64,000 bases of DNA, from positions 6,304,001 to 6,368,000 of the forward strand of contig OZ245046.1 of the NCBI GenBank assembly GCA_965224245.1. The letters are read 5' to 3'. Shown piece after piece: positions 46,859 to 55,961 of the stretch. A program made the translations under genes and the position numbers. The notes under the pieces were generated by a model. The model saw only the letters and a list, made by a program, of their open reading frames with translations, did not search any database and had not been told where the DNA came from. The DNA is from Candidatus Eiseniibacteriota bacterium (lineage in GTDB: Bacteria; Eisenbacteria; RBG-16-71-46; CAZAMP01). Numbering within the stretch: the first letter of the stretch is position 1; the number at the start of each line of letters is the position of its first letter.

Positions 46859-47122
46859 CTCTCCCCGCCCCGCCTCGGTCGTGCCAAGCACCGGGGCGAG
46901 TCTGTCGTCGGCCGAGCGCGCGTTGTGTGAGGGCTCGATCACGTTGTCATACTGTAGCTTACGAGCTCCGTGCTAGACTTCCGTCCATGAGCGAATTCAT
47001 CCATCTCCACGCCGCGGATTCTCCTGACGGCGAGACCGAACCCGACCCGCCCTCGCTGCGTCTGGTCCTGTGAAGACATTCAGCCGGTCGGGCGACGGAG
47101 CCCGCCGGTCACCTTCCGGGGG

Positions 47123-47698
47123 GTGATGGACACCGCCAAGCTCCTGACTCGTTGCCGCCAGGGTGACGAGCTCGCCTGGGAAGCGCTCGTGCGACGCCAC
47201 CAGTCACGCGTCTACGGGCTCTGCTTCCACTATCTCGGCGATCGCGAGGAGGCGCGTGACATCGCGCAGGAGGTCTTCGTGCGCGTCTACCTGCATCTCG
47301 ACTCCGTGACCGACCCTGGGCGGTTCCTCCCCTGGCTGATCCGCATCGCGCGCAACGCGTCGCTGGACCGGCTGAGGCGACTGAGGGCCAGGCCGAGCGC
47401 GGACGTTCCCGTCGAAGAGCTCCACGACCTCGCCTCCGACGCACCCCTTCCGGACTCGGTGTGGGAGGGCGATCGTCGCAAGACGCTGGTTCATCGAGCG
47501 CTGGCAGTGATGAGCGAGAAGGGTCGCGACGTCATCGTACTGCGGGAGATGCAAGGGCTGAGCGAAGAGGAAACGGCTCGCGTGCTGAAGATCCCCGTCG
47601 GAACCGTGAAGTCCCGGATGAACAGAGCCCGAACGGAGCTCGCGAAGCACATCCGCGCGATCGGTGACGGCTCGGCGCAGGCTGGGGGTACCTCGTGA
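47123..47698 (+). CDS. ECF sigma factor (RpoE/SigW-like)
   Basis: EARDIAQEVF, WLIRIARN, PVGTVKSRMNRAR; GTGA overlap with the next gene. Confidence 0.92.
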   Translation: MMDTAKLLTRCRQGDELAWEALVRRHQSRVYGLCFHYLGDREEARDIAQEVFVRVYLHLDSVTDPGRFLPWLIRIARNASLDRLRRLRARPSADVPVEELHDLASDAPLPDSVWEGDRRKTLVHRALAVMSEKGRDVIVLREMQGLSEEETARVLKIPVGTVKSRMNRARTELAKHIRAIGDGSAQAGGTS

Positions 47699-48591
47699 GC
47701 TGTCACGACCTCGAGCGGCTGCTCGCCATGTATGTCGAGGGCAAGGTCACCGGTGAGCGGCTCGAGGGCCTCAGGGCGCACCTCGACGAGTGCGAGGCGT
47801 GCAGAGCGCTCGTGGTCGCGGCTACCTACCCCGCGCCCGACGACGCCGAGGTGGCGGGAGAGCACATCGTCGCCGGCGTGATCGCTCGCACGAGCGGCTC
47901 GGTCTGCGGGTCCGCGGAAGCCCGGCTCCCGGCGTTCGTGAAGGCCGAGCTGGATGCCGACGAGGCAGAGCTGGTCGCGATGCACTTGAGTACCTGCGCG
48001 GGCTGCCGCGACCTGGCAATGATACTGAGCTGGTCTCCGCGCGTGTGCCGGGAAATGGCGTTCGTCGAGCCGCCGCCCGGCTTCACGGCCGGCGTCGTTC
48101 GGCTCACCGGTGCAGTGCGATCGCCGCGTGTCTTCGTCAGACGCATCCGCCGAGCGTGGCTCGGCGCGGTCACCCGCCCCAGGTTTGCCGTCGAGCTCGC
48201 CTATGCGGGCGCATTGATCGCCGCGCTTCTCGTCGGCACGCCGAACGCGCCGTTGCGTCCGCTGCTGCCCGAGACGGCTCGGCTGGCCAGTACGAACCTC
48301 GTCGAGGTCGTCGTCGCCGGTGCGGAGGCGGCGGGCGTGGTCGACGCGGCCGTGTCGGCGGCGCACTTCACGTACGAGCAGACGGCCAGTCGCGGCTTTG
48401 CGACGGCACGCGTGGTGGATGATCTCTCGTTGCACGCCGGACCACTCGTGAAGGCGACGACGTCCGGTGACATCGGGGCCGTGGCCGTGCAGCTCGACGA
48501 GGTCGGGGACGATCTGGAGCGACTGCTGCAAGCGATCGGGCGCGGTGTTCCCAGCGACCCCCGATCCACTCATGGAGAGCATGAACATTGA
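47695..48591 (+). CDS. Zinc-binding anti-sigma factor with two HxxxCxxC motifs
   Basis: HLDECEAC and HLSTCAGC; one TM; coupled to the ECF gene. Confidence 0.85.
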   Translation: MSCHDLERLLAMYVEGKVTGERLEGLRAHLDECEACRALVVAATYPAPDDAEVAGEHIVAGVIARTSGSVCGSAEARLPAFVKAELDADEAELVAMHLSTCAGCRDLAMILSWSPRVCREMAFVEPPPGFTAGVVRLTGAVRSPRVFVRRIRRAWLGAVTRPRFAVELAYAGALIAALLVGTPNAPLRPLLPETARLASTNLVEVVVAGAEAAGVVDAAVSAAHFTYEQTASRGFATARVVDDLSLHAGPLVKATTSGDIGAVAVQLDEVGDDLERLLQAIGRGVPSDPRSTHGEHEH

Positions 48592-49184
48592 ACACGATCG
48601 ATGGCGCCCTGACTGAAGCGGTGGGGCAGGAGGAGAAACAGATGAGTCAAGACGACGTGCATACGATGCAGCGACAGGATGACCTCGGTCACCAGGAGCC
48701 GTACCGAACGATCAGAAAACAGAGCCAGAGAAAGTCGGTGGTACTGGCCTGCATCCTCTCGGCGATGCCGGGTCTTGGACAGATCTACGTGGGATACTAC
48801 CAGCGCGGATTCCTGCACGTCCTCGCGTTCGCGTCGATCATCGCGCTGCTCGCCTCCGGGCAGGTCGCCGGGCTCCAGCCGTTCCTCGGGATCTCGCTGG
48901 CGTTTCTGGTCCTCTACAACATCGTGGACGCGGGCCGGCGAGCGGCTCTCTACAACCTCGCGCTCGATGGTCTGAGCCTGGAGCCGCTACCCGAGGACAT
49001 GATGGGGAACCGGGGATCGCTGATGGGCGGTACGATCCTCATCGTGGCGGGTGTGTTGCTCTTTGCCCATCTTCGTTTCGACATGTCACTCGTCTGGCTC
49101 GAGGAGTGGTGGCCGCTCGGCCTCGTTGCGCTCGGCGCGCATCTCGTGGTGCAAGCCAGGCGTGAGCGGAGCAACCGGGAGTAG
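48588..49184 (+). CDS. Membrane protein (TM2-like N-terminus, LiaF/DUF5668-like C-terminus)
   Basis: LSAMPGLGQIYVG; GTILIVAGVLL...WWPLGLV. An alternative start at MSQDD follows AGGAGGAG. Confidence 0.75.
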   Translation: MNTIDGALTEAVGQEEKQMSQDDVHTMQRQDDLGHQEPYRTIRKQSQRKSVVLACILSAMPGLGQIYVGYYQRGFLHVLAFASIIALLASGQVAGLQPFLGISLAFLVLYNIVDAGRRAALYNLALDGLSLEPLPEDMMGNRGSLMGGTILIVAGVLLFAHLRFDMSLVWLEEWWPLGLVALGAHLVVQARRERSNRE

Positions 49185-49191
49185 CCGGACT

Positions 49192-49345
49192 CCACCATCA
49201 CGCTCGCGATCGGGTACCTCCTCCGGGTGGATGACGCTCTCTCGAAGTGCCCCTGCACTGCACGACCGTCGGGGTCGAGGGGCATGTCGCTCTGCGGTTG
49301 CGCACGGGCGCCTCGAAGTCCACCCGAACCCCATCCGCGACCGTG
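49192..49345 (+). pseudogene. Frameshifted relic of an LVIVD/CTD gene 3' junction
   Basis: Three frames give TITLAIGYLLRVDDAL / LEVPLHCTTVGVEG / GRLEVHPNPIRD, mirroring the propeller-end, linker and CTD start of 8234-10510. Confidence 0.5.
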
Positions 49346-49455
49346 AGGTCGAGCAGCGGATGCCTCCGAGATCTCGACGACGCGTCACACTGACGTTCGG
49401 GAGTCGCTCCGGCGTCGGCGACGCGGGAAAGCCCAAACGACGGGGCCGCAACCTC

Positions 49456-49497
49456 AACTGGGGCAACGTGCACGATAACTGGGGCAACGTGCACGAT
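49456..49497 (+). repeat. Perfect 21-bp tandem duplication
   Basis: AACTGGGGCAACGTGCACGAT twice. Confidence 0.9.
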
Positions 49498-49576
49498 TTC
49501 TCGGCAGTGAGCTGAACGGGCAGAGACGGCTCTCATCCCCATGCCACTCTACCGGCGCCTCCGCGACGCACGCTCG

Positions 49577-49594
49577 ATGATGCACTTGCATCAT
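49577..49594. promoter_or_regulatory. Palindromic operator candidate
   Basis: ATGATGCA-CT-TGCATCAT, AT-rich, about 120 bp upstream of the C25 gene. Confidence 0.5.
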
Positions 49595-49714
49595 TGAGGA
49601 TGTGTTTCGGAGGGGGTTGACTGACCGTCTACACGTCCCAACGCGACGTGACGGATGCCAGCTCGCCCTTCGACCTCTCCGACGAGAGCACGCGGTCACC
49701 GTGGGAGGCTCGTC

Positions 49715-52700
49715 ATGCTTTCGGACCGGTTGCGCCTCTGGTTGGTGGTCTCGGCTCTGCTCGGGTTGCTCACTTCCGGCCTCGGCGTCCGCCGGGTCCG
49801 GGCGGAGACCCTGGACGTTCTACTCCAGTACCCAGAGGTCACCCTGTCCATTACCGCTCGAGACGAGCAAGTCGATCTCCGCCTCCCCGGCTGTGAGCTG
49901 CTGCCCGTCGCGGGCGCGCCGGCGATCCCCATGCGATCGGAGCCGGTCGTGCTTCCCGCGGGCACGCGCGCGGTGCGGGTGGAGGCGACCAGCCTCTCCT
50001 CGGTGCGAATCCCGTGCGCCGCGGTTCGACCCTTCCAGCCCCCGGCGATTCTGGGTCCGGTCGGCACCGAGATGACGCCTCCGGCCCCGGTTGCCAGGAA
50101 CCCTGCGATCTATCGCGGCACGACCCTCTACCCCGACGAGCTCGTGGTCCTGAGACGGAACGGCCACTTCGGTGAGCTCTCCATCGCGGCATGCGAGGTC
50201 CATCCCGTTCAGTACGATCCGGTCACGAGGGAGATCATCCTCCATACCGAGCTCGCGCTCCACCTGGTGCTCGAAGCCGATCCGAGTCCCGTCGTCTCGC
50301 ACGATGCACCGCGAGACATGACTCGGATCGCCACCGATCTCGCGCGGACACGGATGCACGGCGCGGCGCATCTGACTCCGAAATGGCCGCCGGGCGAGGG
50401 GCGCAGGCTCGATCCCACCGACTTCCAGTACGTCATCGTGACCACCGCCGATCAGCATCCGGCCTGGGAAACCTACGCCGAGTGGAAGACGGCGAAGGGC
50501 GTTCCATCCACCGTGGTCACCGTCGACTGGATCATCGGCTCGTACAGCGGACGGGACGTGCCCGAAATCATACGAAACTTCATTCTCGACGCCGTGGACA
50601 CGTGGGGAACGTCCTACGTGCTCCTGGCCGGCGACCAGGACGTGGTTCCCAGCCGCGTCGCGTGGGCGTTCGACTGCGAGGCCGGCTTCTACGACGACGA
50701 GAACGACCTCTACGCCGATCTCTACTACTCGGATCTCGACGGCACGTGGGATGCCAACGGCAACGACGTGTTCGGCGAGGTCGACGACGACGTGGATCTC
50801 TACCCGGACATTCTCGTGGGACGGGCCCCGACCGACGATCTCCTCCAGGCACAAGCCATGGTGGGCAAGTTCCTCACCTACGAGAGGACGCCCCCCATCG
50901 ACTTCGGGATGGAGGCCTTTTTCTTCGCCGAGGTTCTCTGGAGTGACCCGTTCACGGACTCTGGCATCGGCAAGGACATGATCGCCGATGCGCACTTCGG
51001 AGCCGCGTACGAGCCCATCGAACGTCAGTACGAGACGCTCGGCAACGAGAGCCCGGCCTCCGTTCTCGCCTATCTCGATCAGGGTCCGCATCTCACGAAT
51101 CACGGTGGACATGCGAGCGATCAGGTCATGGGCGCGGGCACGGGATACATCAGCTGGCCGGACGTCGATGCGTTGGCCAACGGACCGCGCTACTTCGTGC
51201 TCTACTCGATCGGCTGCTGGTCGGCGGCCTTCGACCGGAACTGCATCGGTGAGCACTTCGCGACGAACGGAAACGGCGGCACCATCGCCTTCGTGGGGAA
51301 TTCCCGCTACGGCTGGGGATCACCGGACAATCCGGGATGGGGCTACTCGGAGACGTTCGATCGCGACTTCTACGGCGCCATTCTCTCAGGTGGGCTGACC
51401 CAGTTCGGAGCCGCCGTCGCGTGGCCGAAGATCGTCAGGGTTCCGTTCTCTCAGGATGAGAACGTGTTCCGCTGGCACGAGTACCAGGTGAATCTGCTCG
51501 GCGACCCGGAGATGGCCTGCCACACCGCCGCGGTTGCACCGATGACACTCCACGGCCCGGAGGCCATCCCCCTCGGCATGGCCCGGTTCACCGCCACCCT
51601 CACCGATCCGAGCGGCCCGGTGGCGGGCGCACGCGTCTGCCTCGCCGGGACCGACACGTACATGGCCGGGTTCACCGATGACATGGGGCAGATCGTCTTC
51701 TCCACCGATCTTCCCGACGCCGATCTTCTCACGTTGACCGCCACCGCGGCCAACCACCCGTTCCAGCAGATGTCGATCGTGGCCGCCGGGAACGATCCCT
51801 TCCTCACCGTCGTCTCGCACGCCGTCGACGACGATGCCGTGCCCCCCTCGCTCGGGAACGGTGACGGCGAGGTCGGGGTGGGTGAGACGATCGAGCTCTT
51901 CGTCACCGTTCGCAACGACGGGGACTCGCCGTGTACGGGGGTCTCGGGAACGGTCTCCGAGTCGTGCGCCGACGTCACGGTCATCGAGGGAGAGGCCGGC
52001 TACGGCACCATTGCCCCCGACGGGGAGGCAACGAACGCGACGCCGTTCGTGTTCACCGTCCACCCCGACTGTCCGGTCGATGAGGTGGTCGAGTTCACGG
52101 TGCTCTTCGAGGACGATGCTGAGACCCGCTGGAGCGCGCGGGTCACGCTCCCGGTGGTGGCGCCGGGACCACGCTTCGCGTACTACACCGCGTCCGAGCT
52201 CGTGGGCGACGGCGACGAGGTCATCGAGCCCGGGGAAACCGTCGCGCTGACCGTTCACGTCGTGAACGAGGGCAGCGGTGACGCGAGCCCCCTAACCGCG
52301 CTCCTGACGACCACGGATGTGAACCTGACCGTGGTCGAGGGGTCGGCATCCACCGCATCGGAGCTCGCACCGGGAGAGATCGCCGCGCTCGCGCCACCCT
52401 TCGAGGTGCAGGTCGGGGAGGGGTGCCCGGGAACGACCTACGGCATGCTGGACATCGCCCTGACCCACGACGAGGGCGTGGACACCGACGCGTTTCTGCT
52501 TGCCGTGGGAACGCCCGGATTCTCCGACGACATGGAGTCGGGCGAAGGCGGCTGGACCCATGCCGGCACGGGCGACCTGTGGCACCTCACCGAGCACCGG
52601 CAGCATTCCGGCACCCACAGCTGGTACTGCGGTACCGAGGCCCACGAGTACCTGAACGACATGAACGCCGTGCTCCAGAGCCCCGGGTTCGTCGTCCCCG

Positions 52701-53305
52701 AGGACGCGCGCCTGTCGTTCTGGCTCTACTTCGACGTCACGGTCTACGGAAGCGATGGGCTCTACGTCGAGGTCTGGAACGACGGGGACTGGGAGACCCT
52801 CGAGTTCATCGGGAGCGGGGGGGCCCTCGACTCCACGCTCTTCGCGTGCGACTGGACGCGGCACGCGTACGATCTCGACGCGTGGGCTCCGGGGAGCACG
52901 ATCTGGGTCCGGTTCCGGTTCGCTACCGACGACGCCGACACCGCGGAAGGCTTCTACCTCGATGACGTGGTCATCGAGACCCGGTGGCTCGTCGACGTGG
53001 AGCAGCCGGGATCCCCTGCAGGACGGCCGCTCATCCTCGTCCCGCTCTCGACGAACCCGGGGAACGGGCTGATGCAATGGAAGCTCGTACTCGGCCAGGC
53101 GGGCCGCGTGACGGCCGGGATCTTCGACGCGAGGGGCCGTCTCGTGAGAAGCCTGCTGGCGACGACGCTGGACGTGGGTGACCACGTTCTGCGCTGGGAC
53201 GGTGTCACGAGCACCGGGATCCGGGCGCCGGCAGGCATGTACTTCCTTCACGCACGAGTGGGGACGCACGCCGCCTCGCGCAAGGTGGTGGTGCTGGATC
53301 GGTAA
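49715..53305 (+). CDS. Gingipain-like peptidase C25 with propeptide, Ig/CARDB-like, jelly-roll and FlgD-Ig/CTD domains
   Basis: GGGAGG RBS; propeptide (GAPAIP...PVQYDP); YVLLAGD, ADLYYSD, VGR, NHGGH, IGC, NLLGDP; two NGDG/EPGET Ig units; FSDDME...GFYLDDV; FDARGRLV...WDG...GMYF. Confidence 0.92.
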   Translation: MLSDRLRLWLVVSALLGLLTSGLGVRRVRAETLDVLLQYPEVTLSITARDEQVDLRLPGCELLPVAGAPAIPMRSEPVVLPAGTRAVRVEATSLSSVRIPCAAVRPFQPPAILGPVGTEMTPPAPVARNPAIYRGTTLYPDELVVLRRNGHFGELSIAACEVHPVQYDPVTREIILHTELALHLVLEADPSPVVSHDAPRDMTRIATDLARTRMHGAAHLTPKWPPGEGRRLDPTDFQYVIVTTADQHPAWETYAEWKTAKGVPSTVVTVDWIIGSYSGRDVPEIIRNFILDAVDTWGTSYVLLAGDQDVVPSRVAWAFDCEAGFYDDENDLYADLYYSDLDGTWDANGNDVFGEVDDDVDLYPDILVGRAPTDDLLQAQAMVGKFLTYERTPPIDFGMEAFFFAEVLWSDPFTDSGIGKDMIADAHFGAAYEPIERQYETLGNESPASVLAYLDQGPHLTNHGGHASDQVMGAGTGYISWPDVDALANGPRYFVLYSIGCWSAAFDRNCIGEHFATNGNGGTIAFVGNSRYGWGSPDNPGWGYSETFDRDFYGAILSGGLTQFGAAVAWPKIVRVPFSQDENVFRWHEYQVNLLGDPEMACHTAAVAPMTLHGPEAIPLGMARFTATLTDPSGPVAGARVCLAGTDTYMAGFTDDMGQIVFSTDLPDADLLTLTATAANHPFQQMSIVAAGNDPFLTVVSHAVDDDAVPPSLGNGDGEVGVGETIELFVTVRNDGDSPCTGVSGTVSESCADVTVIEGEAGYGTIAPDGEATNATPFVFTVHPDCPVDEVVEFTVLFEDDAETRWSARVTLPVVAPGPRFAYYTASELVGDGDEVIEPGETVALTVHVVNEGSGDASPLTALLTTTDVNLTVVEGSASTASELAPGEIAALAPPFEVQVGEGCPGTTYGMLDIALTHDEGVDTDAFLLAVGTPGFSDDMESGEGGWTHAGTGDLWHLTEHRQHSGTHSWYCGTEAHEYLNDMNAVLQSPGFVVPEDARLSFWLYFDVTVYGSDGLYVEVWNDGDWETLEFIGSGGALDSTLFACDWTRHAYDLDAWAPGSTIWVRFRFATDDADTAEGFYLDDVVIETRWLVDVEQPGSPAGRPLILVPLSTNPGNGLMQWKLVLGQAGRVTAGIFDARGRLVRSLLATTLDVGDHVLRWDGVTSTGIRAPAGMYFLHARVGTHAASRKVVVLDR

Positions 53306-53535
53306 CGCGGTGCATGTCGGGGAAGCTGGCCACCTGGTGTCGTCATGTGCAACCGGCGCGAGGGCGAGGGCTCCGACCCGAGCTTCGTGCTTCACTGACG
53401 ATGCATGGCGCCGGCCAGGGCCCGTTCGTACGGGAATGCACCTGTGCGATCGGTTCCTGTCGATGGCGTACGTGCCGAGCACGTCTGGAAGGTGGCGATG
53501 TGTCCGGGGGACGGCTCGGGATCGAGAGCTCGGCC

Positions 53536-55476
53536 CTAACGTCCAGTGCCGGTCTCGCTGGCGGCCTGTCGCGCCGCATTCGTCAGAGCCGCCATCATGG
53601 CCCGAGCTTGCGCGTGCCCCGGATTCAACCGCAACACCTCACGCAGCTCGATCACCGCCTCGGCTTGACGACCTGCGCGCCCCAGCGCGCCCGCCAGATT
53701 CCAGTGCACCTGCACGTTCCCCGGTGCCAACCGCGTGGCGCCGCGCAGCACCGTGATCGCCTCGTTCCAGCGTTCGTGCTGGATGTACGCATTGCCCAGA
53801 TTGAAGCGGATCGTGACGTCCTCGGGATCCAGCTCCACCGCATGGTGGTAGTGCGTGATCGCCTCGGCGAGCCGCCCGCTGGCGGCGAGCGCGTTCGCGA
53901 GCTGGAGGTGAGGTGACGCGATGTCGTCGCGAATCCCGATGGCCTGCCGGTAGGTACTCATTGCCTCGTCCAGGCGTCCCTCGCCCGCGTGGAGATTCCC
54001 GAGGTTCACGAGGGCCTCCCAGTGACGGGGGTTCCGTCGCAGAGCCTCGGTCAGATGCGACATCGCCTCGTCGATCCGCCCGTCGAGCGCCAGCACCCCG
54101 GCCAGGTTGTGGTGCGCCGTCGCACATGGCCGGGCCGCGACCGCGTGGGTCCATAGCGACATCGGCGTCCGCCACACGAGCGTCTGCCGCCACGTGAGGG
54201 CCGACAGCACGAGCAAGACCGCCATGACCGACGTCGTCAGAAGTCGAGCGCGAGCCCCGGTCGAGCCCCAGCGCGCTCGGAGCGCCGCCAGCGCCGCGCC
54301 GAGCAGGATTGCCCATGCGATGGCCGGAAGGTAGCTGTAGCGATCGGCGACCTCCTGCTGTCCGCTCTGAAACAAGCCGAGGACGGGCAGGAGTAGCAGC
54401 ACGTGACACGCGGCGGCCGCGCGGAGCGCCCGAGCCCGACGCCCGAGCACGAGGAGCCCACCCGCGCTCACCAGGACCACCACCGCCGACCCCACGTACT
54501 TCACCGAGGAGAGATCGAGAGGTAGCACGATGTCGTAGATCGGCGAGAGCCCCGATGGCAGGATCGTCTTCCAGAGATAGAAGACGAGCCCGTAGAACGC
54601 CTGTGCGACGCGCGCCCCCAGTCCCAGTGCCTGCAGTGACACCGAGGCACCGGTCTCGGCCTGGGCCAGCGGCGCGATCACGGCGATCGGAATCGCCAGC
54701 ACGACGTAGGGCAGCTTGTCGAGCCACGCACGCCGGCGCTCGGCTGCGTCGCCCGCGAAGCGTCGGAGCGGATACGCGTCCAGCACGAGCAGCATCAGGG
54801 GCAACGTCACCCCGATCGCGCGGCTGCCGAGCGACAGGGCATAGAGCGCCAACGACGTCAGGTAGAGGCGTCTACGGGCCGGGTCGCCGGACGCGGGCGA
54901 TCGGCCTGGCGCACGCGCGCGCACGTAGGCGAGGGTGGCGGCAAGGAGGAAGAAGGAGCTCTGGACGTCCCGTCGCTCGGTGACCCACGCCACCGACTCC
55001 ACCCGTAGCGGATGGAGACCGAAGAAGAGCGCCGCCACGGCGGCTCCGAAGACGGCGCCGGTCGAGTCCTCGCGTCCTCCCCGCGCCAGCCGGTACAGCG
55101 CCAGGCTCAGGAAGAGCACGAGCGCCGAGTTGGCCGAGTGGAAGAGGAGGTTCGTCAGGTGGTAGCCCTTCGGATCCAGCCCCCAGACGGCGTGGTCCAT
55201 CGCGAGCGTGATCCAGGAGAGGGGCTGGTAGTGGCCGGAGTGGAACGTCGTGAACATCCAGCGGAGGTGCTCGCCCGAGAGCCCGCGGAAGTGCGGGTTC
55301 AACAGGATGTTCGCCTCGTCGTCGTAATTGAACGTGCTTCCGAGGGCCGGCCAGAACGCCGCGAAGACGACGGCCGCGACGAGGAGCGCGATCCACCCCG
55401 GGGGGGTTCCCCGGGTGGGACCGGACGCATGCGCCCTCGATCGAGCGCGGTGCTGCTGGGATCCTCGGCTCGTCAT
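53536..55476 (-). CDS. TMTC-like GT-C glycosyltransferase with C-terminal TPRs
   Basis: NYDD loop, YQPL, YHLTNLLFH, HPLRVESVAWVTER, ADRYSYLP, W....LW, then TPR repeats. Confidence 0.85.
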   Translation of the reverse strand: MTSRGSQQHRARSRAHASGPTRGTPPGWIALLVAAVVFAAFWPALGSTFNYDDEANILLNPHFRGLSGEHLRWMFTTFHSGHYQPLSWITLAMDHAVWGLDPKGYHLTNLLFHSANSALVLFLSLALYRLARGGREDSTGAVFGAAVAALFFGLHPLRVESVAWVTERRDVQSSFFLLAATLAYVRARAPGRSPASGDPARRRLYLTSLALYALSLGSRAIGVTLPLMLLVLDAYPLRRFAGDAAERRRAWLDKLPYVVLAIPIAVIAPLAQAETGASVSLQALGLGARVAQAFYGLVFYLWKTILPSGLSPIYDIVLPLDLSSVKYVGSAVVVLVSAGGLLVLGRRARALRAAAACHVLLLLPVLGLFQSGQQEVADRYSYLPAIAWAILLGAALAALRARWGSTGARARLLTTSVMAVLLVLSALTWRQTLVWRTPMSLWTHAVAARPCATAHHNLAGVLALDGRIDEAMSHLTEALRRNPRHWEALVNLGNLHAGEGRLDEAMSTYRQAIGIRDDIASPHLQLANALAASGRLAEAITHYHHAVELDPEDVTIRFNLGNAYIQHERWNEAITVLRGATRLAPGNVQVHWNLAGALGRAGRQAEAVIELREVLRLNPGHAQARAMMAALTNAARQAASETGTGR

Positions 55477-55961
55477 GGGTACCGTAGGATATCAAAGATG
55501 CCGACCGAGCTGTAGCTTCGCTCCCTGTCGACAGTCGTCGGCCGTCGAGCAGATGGATGTCCAAGTGGAAGCGGCCGCCTGCCGATCATCGCCAGGCTGC
55601 CAGAGGCGCGGTTTCTGATCGCGGGCTGGAGAAGGGGTACAATCAACCCGTTCCGCAGTGATCTCCGTACCGGCGGTGCCCGAAGCGATCGGGTCGTTGG
55701 CGGATCACAGTCGGAAGGAACCGAGACTCGGCGTGGACCGAGTCCCGGCACGATCAGCTCGAACTGGACCGACTGACGGACTCAGGTCGATGGGCGACGT
55801 CCGGGTGGAGTTGACGACTGAGGGCGAGTGAGGAAGGATGTGTCGTCGATGCCATATCGTTGAGCAACGCCGGCATCGTGAGTCAGCGCTCCCCACAGGC
55901 TAAGACGTGCTGTTCGAGCTGCAGACATTCGAGATCACGTGCAATCTTCAAGGGGAATGCG

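Noticed and set aside
43127-46942. 1271-aa minus-strand ORF
   Set aside because: Antisense shadow of the beta-helix CTD gene.
49456-49497. Possible CRISPR array
   Set aside because: Only two abutting copies, no spacer and no cas genes.
53306-53535. Possible PD40/TolB-like relic (EGSDPSF...EHVWKV)
   Set aside because: Similarity is too short and fragmented to support.
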